A stretch of 32,000 nt of DNA from Candidatus Saccharimonadota bacterium (GTDB lineage Archaea; Micrarchaeota; Micrarchaeia; Micrarchaeales; Micrarchaeaceae): the NCBI RefSeq assembly GCF_002214165.1, contig NZ_CP019964.1, positions 300,001-332,000 of the forward strand. The letters are read 5' to 3'. Positions 25,209-32,000 of this stretch are shown here, one piece after another. A program made the translations under genes and the position numbers. The stretch's first letter is position 1; each line of letters opens with the position of its first letter. Under the pieces are notes generated by a model. It was not told the origin of the DNA. It did not search any database and worked only from the letters and a program-made list of their open reading frames with translations.

Positions 25209-25559
25209 ATGCAATTAGAAAAGATAGCGGTTCTGGGAGAGAGGAAGATTGCACTGGGGTTCGAATTAGTTGGAATCAAGGATGTTTTTATAAGCGAGGA
25301 CCCAAAAGGAATGCATGACAAGCTGTTTGAGATAATAAATGGAAAAGCTTACAATCTTATACTTGCATCCGATTCAGTTGAGAAATACTTGGGCGAGGAT
25401 GAGCTCAGGTCAATAGAGACCATGATGAAGCCTGTTGTCATATTCATACCGGTTTCATCGGATGTAGAGAACAAGGAGTCGGTCGAGAAGTTGGCGAAGA
25501 GAATATTGGGGATAGATTTGTCGAATCTGAAGAACAGCCCAGCAGGGGCAAAAGAGTGA
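25209..25559 (+). CDS. atpF: A1Ao ATP synthase subunit F
   Basis: [23 protein letters not shown] is the typical subunit F N-terminus. Size 116 aa. Confidence 0.85.
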   Translation: MQLEKIAVLGERKIALGFELVGIKDVFISEDPKGMHDKLFEIINGKAYNLILASDSVEKYLGEDELRSIETMMKPVVIFIPVSSDVENKESVEKLAKRILGIDLSNLKNSPAGAKE

Positions 25560-25563
25560 TAAT

Positions 25564-27318
25564 ATGGACGGTTATATATATAGAATATCAGGACCTGTAG
25601 TAACAGCGAGAGGGCTGGAAGGGGCCAAGATGAACGATGTAGTTAAAGTTGGAAAGAGCAACCTGGTAGGGGAGATAATAAAACTGAATGGCGATGATGC
25701 AATAGTCCAGGTTTATGAGGATACCTCGGGGATAAGGCCAGGGGAGCCTGTAGAGGATACAGGGAGACAGCTTTCGGTAACCCTTGCTCCCGGCCTAATG
25801 GGAGGAATATACGATGGAATACAGAGGCCTTTGGACAAGATAATGGCAGCAAGCGGAGACTTCATAAGCAGGGGAGTGGAAATACCATCAATAGACTACG
25901 AGAAGAAATGGCATTTCACACCAACGGCAAAAGAGGGCGATGCCGTAGACTCGCTTTCGATAATAGGCACGGTCGAAGAAACCAGCATGATAACAAACAA
26001 GATAATGATTCCTTACGGCATCTCCGGAAAGATAAAGGAGATAAAGGAAGGCGATTTCACAGTGCAGGAAACGGTTGCGATTATAGAAACAGAGGAAGGT
26101 GAAAAGGAGATATCAATGATGCAGGAATGGCCTGTAAGGTATCCAAGGCCTGTCAAGGACAAGCTTCCTCCAGACGTTCCATTGATAACAGGGCAGAGGG
26201 TAATAGATTCGCTTTTCCCTGTCGCGAAAGGAGGCACTGCAGCGGTTCCAGGGCCTTTTGGATCAGGAAAGACCGTAATACAGCAGCAGCTTTCGAAATG
26301 GAGCGACAGCAAGATAGTCGTTTACGTAGGATGCGGGGAAAGAGGAAACGAGATGACAGAGATATTGACAACGTTCCCCGAATTGAAGGACCCTAAGACG
26401 GGAAAGCCGCTCATGGACAGGACTATACTTATAGCCAATACCTCCAATATGCCTGTAGCGGCAAGGGAGGCCAGCATATACACGGGAATAACTATAGCGG
26501 AATACTACAGGGATATGGGTTACGATGTTGCATTGATGGCTGACAGCACGAGCAGATGGGCTGAAGCATTGAGGGAAATATCAGGAAGGCTTGAGGAGAT
26601 GCCTGGAGAAGAAGGATATCCAGCTTACCTGGGAAGGAAGATAGCAGAATTCTATGAGCGTGCAGGAAGGGTGCACTCCCTAAACGGAAACCTAGGATCG
26701 GTAACAGCGATAGGCGCAGTATCGCCTCCAGGAGGAGACCTTTCGGATCCTGTAGTGCAGAATACATTAAGGGTTACAAGAGTGTTCTGGGCGCTTGATG
26801 CATCCCTTGCGAACGCAAGGCACTTCCCTTCAATAAACTGGCTGAACAGCTATTCCCTATACATAGATGACCTGAAGGGATGGTTCAGCTCAAATGCAAG
26901 CGAGTTATGGAGCGGGCTTTATTCAGAATCTATGAACATATTGCAGAAGGAAGCGGACATTAACGAAATTGTGCAGCTGGTAGGGTATGACGCATTGCCC
27001 GAGTCCGACAAAGCCGTGCTTGACATTGCAAGGATGATAAGGGAGGACTACCTACAGCAGAATGCTTTCGATGATGTTGATACTTACACATCAATGCACA
27101 AGCAGTTCTTGATGCTCAAATCAATAATTGACATAGGAGAAAAGGAGAAGGCTGCGGTGGCAAGAGGCGTGATGACATCCCAGATGAGCAGGATTGACGC
27201 AAAGGCAAAGATTGCAAGGATGAAGTTTACTCCAGAGGACCAGATAGATGCATATTACAAAGATCTCCAGTCCTCAATAGCAGATATAGACAAGATTGTG
27301 AAAGTTAGCGGTGATTGA
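25564..27318 (+). CDS. atpA: A1Ao ATP synthase catalytic subunit A (no intein)
   Basis: Walker [10 protein letters not shown]. The N-terminal [13 protein letters not shown] block and the non-homologous insertion region are typical of A subunits. The ORF is a contiguous 584 aa. Confidence 0.97.
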   Translation: MDGYIYRISGPVVTARGLEGAKMNDVVKVGKSNLVGEIIKLNGDDAIVQVYEDTSGIRPGEPVEDTGRQLSVTLAPGLMGGIYDGIQRPLDKIMAASGDFISRGVEIPSIDYEKKWHFTPTAKEGDAVDSLSIIGTVEETSMITNKIMIPYGISGKIKEIKEGDFTVQETVAIIETEEGEKEISMMQEWPVRYPRPVKDKLPPDVPLITGQRVIDSLFPVAKGGTAAVPGPFGSGKTVIQQQLSKWSDSKIVVYVGCGERGNEMTEILTTFPELKDPKTGKPLMDRTILIANTSNMPVAAREASIYTGITIAEYYRDMGYDVALMADSTSRWAEALREISGRLEEMPGEEGYPAYLGRKIAEFYERAGRVHSLNGNLGSVTAIGAVSPPGGDLSDPVVQNTLRVTRVFWALDASLANARHFPSINWLNSYSLYIDDLKGWFSSNASELWSGLYSESMNILQKEADINEIVQLVGYDALPESDKAVLDIARMIREDYLQQNAFDDVDTYTSMHKQFLMLKSIIDIGEKEKAAVARGVMTSQMSRIDAKAKIARMKFTPEDQIDAYYKDLQSSIADIDKIVKVSGD

Positions 27319-28698
27319 TTGGAAAATGTTTATTACAAGACAGTGAAGCAGGTAACCAACGTACTGCTTTTCGTGGAAGGCATAAAGGATGCGGCTTACA
27401 ATGAAATAGTAGAGATAACGCTAGAGAATGGAAGCGTGGTCAGAGGCCAGGTCCTTGACACCAAGGACGGAATTGCGGTTATACAATCATTCGGCGACAC
27501 AACCGGGATGAACCTAGGAAATACAAAGGTAAAGTTTACCGGAAGGACTGCAAAGCTGAAGGTAAGCACCGACATGATAGGAAGGATATTCAATGGAATG
27601 GGCAGGGTAAGGGACGGGGGCCCGGAGATATACAGCGATGAAGAAGCCGATATAAACGGCAGCGCAATCAACCCATATGCAAGAGATGAGCCTTCAGAGT
27701 TCATACAAACCGGAATCTCAACGATAGACGGGATGAACACGCTGGTAAGAGGGCAGAAGCTCCCTATATTCTCAGGATCCGGATTGCCGCACAACAGGCT
27801 GGCAGCCCAGATTGCGCGTCAGGCAAAGCTGCTTGGCAGCGATGAAGGTTTCAGCGTGGTGTTCGGAGGGATAGGGCTTAACAGCGAAGAGGCAAACTTC
27901 TTCATGAATGAATTCAGGAATACAGGCGCTTTGGACAAGTCAATCGTGTTCCTCAACCTTGCATCAGAGCCTTCTATGGAAAGGTTGATGCTGCCAAGGA
28001 TGGCTCTGACAGCGGCGGAATACCTTGCCTACAAGCACGACATGCATGTGCTTGTCATACTTACAGACATGACAAATTACTGCGAAGCCTTGAGAGAAGT
28101 CTCGGCAGCAAGAGAAGAGGTGCCTGGAAGGAGGGGTTACCCGGGTTACATGTACACAGACCTGTCAACTATATACGAGCGTGCAGGCAAGATAAGGGAC
28201 AAGAAGGGGTCCATAACACAGATACCCATACTGACGATGCCAGGAGACGATATAACAAACCCAATACCAGACCTTACGGGATATATAACTGAAGGGCAGA
28301 TAGTGCTCAGCAGGGATCTTTACAGGAAAGGGCTTTATCCTGCCGTGGACGTGCTTCTTTCCTTGTCAAGGCTAAGGAACCAGGGGATAGGAAAAGGCAA
28401 GACGAGAGAGGACCACAGCAACGTTGCGGACCAGATGTTCGCGGCATACGCGCATGGAAAGGACATAAGGAACCTTACCGAGATAGTCGGAGAGGAAGCG
28501 CTGAGCGATGCGGACAAGGAATACCTGCATTTTGCAGACCTGTTCGAGTCAAAGTTCGTGAAGCAGGAGTACTATGATGACAGGTCAATAGACCAAACCC
28601 TAGGCATTGGATGGGACATACTTTCAAATATTGACAAATCAGAGATGAAGCGCATAAAGGATGCTTACATAGAGAAGTACGGCAAGTGGAAGAAATGA
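27319..28698 (+). CDS. atpB: A1Ao ATP synthase subunit B
   Basis: TTG start immediately after the atpA TGA. The conserved N-terminus [16 protein letters not shown] requires this start. Typical B-subunit blocks are present ([29 protein letters not shown]). Confidence 0.95.
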   Translation: MENVYYKTVKQVTNVLLFVEGIKDAAYNEIVEITLENGSVVRGQVLDTKDGIAVIQSFGDTTGMNLGNTKVKFTGRTAKLKVSTDMIGRIFNGMGRVRDGGPEIYSDEEADINGSAINPYARDEPSEFIQTGISTIDGMNTLVRGQKLPIFSGSGLPHNRLAAQIARQAKLLGSDEGFSVVFGGIGLNSEEANFFMNEFRNTGALDKSIVFLNLASEPSMERLMLPRMALTAAEYLAYKHDMHVLVILTDMTNYCEALREVSAAREEVPGRRGYPGYMYTDLSTIYERAGKIRDKKGSITQIPILTMPGDDITNPIPDLTGYITEGQIVLSRDLYRKGLYPAVDVLLSLSRLRNQGIGKGKTREDHSNVADQMFAAYAHGKDIRNLTEIVGEEALSDADKEYLHFADLFESKFVKQEYYDDRSIDQTLGIGWDILSNIDKSEMKRIKDAYIEKYGKWKK

Positions 28699-29321
28699 GC
28701 AACATCAACATAAAGATAACAAGGATAGAGCTTATAAAGACAAAGAGCTCAATAAAGGTAGCCAGGAAAGGGCTCAACCTCCTGAAGATGAAGCGCTCCA
28801 GCCTTGTGATGGCATTTCTGGACCTGGCAAGGCAGATAGAGGCGATGAAGGAGGACATGCGTAATTCAATAGACAGGGCAATGAACTCGAACAGGATGGC
28901 CGACATATCATTGGGAAGCATTGTCTTTGACAGGATTGCATATGAACAGGCCAATAGGACAGCAGTGGTGTCATCAAGGAACATAATGGGTGTAAAGATA
29001 CCAAATATAGAGTTGGGAAGCACCAAGATGACCACATCGGAAGAGTACCTTCCGCTTTACGCGGTTGATGTGATACATGCCTACAACAATCTGCTCAATA
29101 TGCTTATAGAGGTAGCGGCGAAGGAGAGCGCGCTGAAGGAGATATTGTACGAGATAGAGAAGCTCAACAGGCGCTCAAACGCGATAGAGCATGTTTCCAT
29201 ACCTGCTCTCGTCTACAAGGCAAAGTACATACAGGCGAGGCTGGAGGACATGGAGAGGGACCAGACGGTCTCGTTAAAGTTTATAAAAGGCAAGCTAGAT
29301 GAATACAAGGAACCTGCTTAA
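28695..29321 (+). CDS. atpD: A1Ao ATP synthase subunit D
   Basis: [26 protein letters not shown] is the typical subunit D N-terminus. The ATG at 28695 overlaps the atpB TGA (ATGA coupling). The ORF track also allows GTG 28686. Confidence 0.9.
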   Translation: MSNINIKITRIELIKTKSSIKVARKGLNLLKMKRSSLVMAFLDLARQIEAMKEDMRNSIDRAMNSNRMADISLGSIVFDRIAYEQANRTAVVSSRNIMGVKIPNIELGSTKMTTSEEYLPLYAVDVIHAYNNLLNMLIEVAAKESALKEILYEIEKLNRRSNAIEHVSIPALVYKAKYIQARLEDMERDQTVSLKFIKGKLDEYKEPA

Positions 29322-29535
29322 GTATGGAGGCAAGACGCTGGAGAAGTACGACTACGTATCGAAATACGCAAAGTACGATAAATACGGAGGAAGGGTATTG
29401 GACTACCGTGATGACTACGCCAAGGAGCAGGTGAGGAGGTTTGCGAGGATAATCAGGATATCCGAAATATTGAAGATAGCTGTATTAGCAGCTTTAGTGG
29501 TAATAATAATTGCATTTGGTGTTTTACATGTCTGA
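29299..29535 (+). CDS. Small tail-anchored protein (78 aa), Tyr/Lys/Asp-rich N-terminus, embedded in the ATP synthase operon
   Basis: The ATG overlaps the atpD 3' end by 23 nt. Its TGA overlaps the atpH ATG (ATGTCTGA). KYDYVSKYAKYDKYGG repeats are followed by a C-terminal TM helix ILKIAVLAALVVIIIAFGVL. No family recognised. Confidence 0.55.
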   Translation: MNTRNLLKYGGKTLEKYDYVSKYAKYDKYGGRVLDYRDDYAKEQVRRFARIIRISEILKIAVLAALVVIIIAFGVLHV

Positions 29536-29893
29536 AAAAGATTCAAGTTCAAGCGCAAAAGGGGTCCAGCAGGATGCCGCCGACCTTAAAGTGTTAAGCG
29601 ACATAAAGAAGGCAGGCGACGATGCCGATGCCTCAATAGCAAAGGCGAAGGCGGATGCCGCGAAGAGAGTTGAGGATGCACAGAAGAGTGCGGAGGAGGA
29701 GATCGCAAAATCCAAAGAGTCTGCCATGGAGAGCTACAGCAGCGCGATTGCCAAGGCAAAGGATGAATCAAAGGAATCCTATGATGTAGCGATAAGGGAA
29801 GCACAGGAGAAAGCGGCGAAGATAAGCAGCATCGACAAGGACAAGGCGATGGGCGTATTCGAGAAGATAATGAAAGAATTATTTGGTGTATAA
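29528..29893 (+). CDS. atpH: A1Ao ATP synthase subunit H (peripheral stalk, V-type G-like)
   Basis: An Ala/Lys/Glu-rich coiled coil (IAKAKADAAKRVEDAQKSAEEEIAKSKE...) of ~120 aa lying directly upstream of subunit I. The ORF track starts at 29510, but the ATG at 29528 is more plausible. Confidence 0.7.
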   Translation: MSEKDSSSSAKGVQQDAADLKVLSDIKKAGDDADASIAKAKADAAKRVEDAQKSAEEEIAKSKESAMESYSSAIAKAKDESKESYDVAIREAQEKAAKISSIDKDKAMGVFEKIMKELFGV

Positions 29894-29894
29894 A

Positions 29895-31865
29895 ATGTTC
29901 ATGATGCCTGAACGTATGGTAAAGATAAGGATAATCGTAGCCAGGGATTTCTACAAGCCCGCAATATCCTACCTGTACGATTTGGGCGTGATGCAGATAA
30001 ACGAGATGCCCCAGGAGCTTAACACTGTAATAAAAAGAGACGAGAATGCAGGCTATAATGAGATATCAAAGTATTCTGCAAAGTTCAGGACATTGAAGTC
30101 GACGCTCTACCAAAGGCCAATAGTAAAGAAATACAAGTTCGAGAGCCTTAAGGACCTTATAGAGCAGGCAGACTCTGTGAAGATCTATGACGAAGCCATT
30201 GAGACTACAAAAGAGATGGAAAGGTACAATGCGATAATATCAAACGATGCAAAGGCGAAGAGCCTGGTGCAGAAGCTGCCGAAACTTGAAGTTGACCTGG
30301 ATGCGCTCAACACCGATATAATAATATCCTATGCCGTTTTCAAGAATCACTCGGATAAGGCTTACCGCGCCAGCATGCAGAAATTCCTAAACGAGCTGAA
30401 AGGAAAGCTGGGAGATTCGATAATAGTGGAGAACGAGAGCCTTTACCTTGTCGTGATAAAGAGGTCCGAAGAGGGTGTGTTCGGAAAGCTTGCAAGCAAC
30501 TACAAGATGCTTGTCGAGGTAATACCCCATCTTGAAGGGACGGCGGAAGAGGCTGTAAAGGCGCTTGACAGTGATATAAAAAGTGCCGAGGAAAAGATAA
30601 AGAAGCTGCAGAGCAGCATGAATGCAATGTCGGACCAATACTACGACTTGGTTGCCGCATTGGACGAGCAATTCGATATAGAATCACAGGAGCTAAGCAT
30701 AATGAACAAGCTCGGAATCACAAAATACATGGTGATACTCGAGGGATGGATCGCAAAGAAGAGCCTTGGCAGCCTTGAGAAGATGCTTGACAAGGCCACT
30801 TTCGGGAAATACATAATACAAGTCCTCAAGACAGATGAAGTGGCCCCTACAAAGATGGACAACAACAAGCACATAAGGATTTTCGAGTCGTTCGTGAAGT
30901 TCTACTCTCTGCCGCAAAGCAACGAGATAGACCCGACTTTCCCATTCGCAATCGTATTTCCTATATTCTTCGGATTGATGGTGGGGGACGCAGGGTATGG
31001 AGCCATACTGCTGCTGCTCTCGCTTTTCCTTATGTGGAGGGTGAAGAAGCCTGCCAAAGTCCCCAAGAAAGAGAGCAAGATATCATCGTTCATACATTCT
31101 ATTGTGAGCGATAACGGGCTGGCCATGATAGCCAAGGGCATACTGCCTGGATCCATACTTGCGATAATATTCGGTATCCTGTTCAATGAGTACCTGGGAT
31201 TTTCGCTTCCATTCTACCAAGGATTCAACCTTGAGACAAACCTGTCTACAATGCTTGTCATAGCCGGATGGATAGGAGTTGTGATGGTTGCCGCGGGTAT
31301 GTTCTTCGGATTCATAAACGCTTTGATTGTAAACAACAAGAAACGTGCGGCTGGAAGGATTGGATGGATACTTATAGAGATAGGCATAGTGATGGTAGGG
31401 CTTATGCTGCTCCATTCCGGTGTAACCGAGCTTTCAACGCTTCCGGCGATGATATACTACGTGCTAATAGTGATAGGGCTTGGAATAGTCCTGTATTCTG
31501 AAGGAGGGGGATCGCTGATAGAGCTTCCTTCTCTGATAAGCAACGTGCTGTCATACATGAGGCTTATAGGGATATTGCTGTCAACAATAATACTCGCTGA
31601 GGTAATAGACCAGATATTCCTGAAATCGCTCTCGCAGTCAATACTGTTTGCAATAGTCGGTGTTATAATACTCTTGGTAGGGCAGATATTCACGATAGTG
31701 ATAGCCGCATTTGAGCCCGGCATACAAGGAGTGAGGCTTATATATGTAGAGTTTTTCTCAGGATTCTTCAAAGGGAACGGCATGCCGTTCAAGCCCTATC
31801 ACGGAGAAAGGGTGCACACCATAGGGCTTATAGGAGAGATGAATGAAAAGCTGGGAGGGGATTAG
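29895..31865 (+). CDS. atpI: A1Ao ATP synthase subunit I (V-type a homologue)
   Basis: A ~330-aa cytoplasmic N-terminal domain followed by a multi-TM C-terminal domain with the conserved MRLIGILLS (essential Arg) block. The ORF track allows TTG 29883, but the ATG at 29895 (MFMMPERMVKI) is preferred. Confidence 0.9.
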   Translation: MFMMPERMVKIRIIVARDFYKPAISYLYDLGVMQINEMPQELNTVIKRDENAGYNEISKYSAKFRTLKSTLYQRPIVKKYKFESLKDLIEQADSVKIYDEAIETTKEMERYNAIISNDAKAKSLVQKLPKLEVDLDALNTDIIISYAVFKNHSDKAYRASMQKFLNELKGKLGDSIIVENESLYLVVIKRSEEGVFGKLASNYKMLVEVIPHLEGTAEEAVKALDSDIKSAEEKIKKLQSSMNAMSDQYYDLVAALDEQFDIESQELSIMNKLGITKYMVILEGWIAKKSLGSLEKMLDKATFGKYIIQVLKTDEVAPTKMDNNKHIRIFESFVKFYSLPQSNEIDPTFPFAIVFPIFFGLMVGDAGYGAILLLLSLFLMWRVKKPAKVPKKESKISSFIHSIVSDNGLAMIAKGILPGSILAIIFGILFNEYLGFSLPFYQGFNLETNLSTMLVIAGWIGVVMVAAGMFFGFINALIVNNKKRAAGRIGWILIEIGIVMVGLMLLHSGVTELSTLPAMIYYVLIVIGLGIVLYSEGGGSLIELPSLISNVLSYMRLIGILLSTIILAEVIDQIFLKSLSQSILFAIVGVIILLVGQIFTIVIAAFEPGIQGVRLIYVEFFSGFFKGNGMPFKPYHGERVHTIGLIGEMNEKLGGD

Positions 31866-32000
31866 CTTATTATTGTGCCCTTGACATTATCAGGGTAGCG
31901 GGACAGGTCGTTCAAGTCATTGGTCACAACAACCTCTATATTGTTCTTCTCGCATATCTTTGCCGCTTCAGGATCGAATATATAGTTCATTCCGGGCATC
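31862..32000 (-). CDS. pyrH: 3' end of a probable uridylate kinase (amino-acid-kinase fold). Partial; continues beyond the window.
   Basis: Minus-strand translation gives ...MPGMNYIFDPEAAKICEKNNIEVVVTNDLNDLSRYPDNVKGTIIS*. This resembles archaeal PyrH C-termini (DP.AAKI...I..V......L....KG...GT.I). The stop overlaps the atpI stop by 4 nt (convergent genes). Confidence 0.5.
   Translation of the reverse strand, partial: MPGMNYIFDPEAAKICEKNNIEVVVTNDLNDLSRYPDNVKGTIIS

Noticed and set aside
25564-27318. A possible intein in atpA, as found in some Thermoplasma-type A subunits
   Set aside because: The ORF is a contiguous 584 aa of normal length. Conserved A-subunit blocks run throughout, and there are no intein splice motifs or size excess.
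28475-29035. 186-aa minus-strand ORF spanning the atpB/atpD junction
   Set aside because: It lies antisense to two strongly supported ATP synthase genes and has no motifs. It is a typical shadow ORF.

Overview
The window reads as an archaeal chromosomal segment. Evidence: an A1Ao (A/V-type) ATP synthase operon, ScpA/ScpB, a prepilin-type (class III) signal peptide, tRNA genes without encoded CCA, AT-rich TATA-like boxes about 30 nt upstream of several starts, and frequent GTG/TTG starts. By eye the GC content is moderately low. An acidophilic DPANN- or Thermoplasmata-like origin is possible but is only speculation. I support 33 CDSs, one of them partial. They include a 1,577-aa pilin-signal adhesin followed by a JAB/MPN-like gene. 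Nucleotide-metabolism genes are scattered through the window: tmk, a CoaE/UPF0200-like kinase, dCMP deaminase, a HIT protein and a pyrH fragment. Other genes are an M13 metallopeptidase, a GT-C-like membrane protein, an ABC ATPase / COG1361-like surface protein / FtsX-permease module, AMMECR1, RNase HI and a PsiE-like membrane protein. The ATP synthase genes run in the order K-E-C-F-A-B-D-(small ORF)-H-I. There are three tRNA genes: Glu-UUC, Pro-UGG and Val-CAC. One TnpB-only IS200/IS605-type element sits just upstream of scpAB. There is no CRISPR array and no rRNA. Five regions deserve follow-up. (1) The giant adhesin, its recently duplicated 213-bp repeat array, and its JAB-like neighbour. 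(2) An AT-rich ~2 kb islet abutting tRNA-Val that carries a wHTH protein plus a small nucleotidyltransferase, a TA/abortive-infection-like pair. (3) The TnpB element with matching end hairpins. (4) A shared non-canonical T-loop (T54-C55-C56) in all three tRNAs. (5) The rearranged ATP synthase operon with an embedded tail-anchored small ORF. All domain and family names come from motif recognition by eye, not from database searches.
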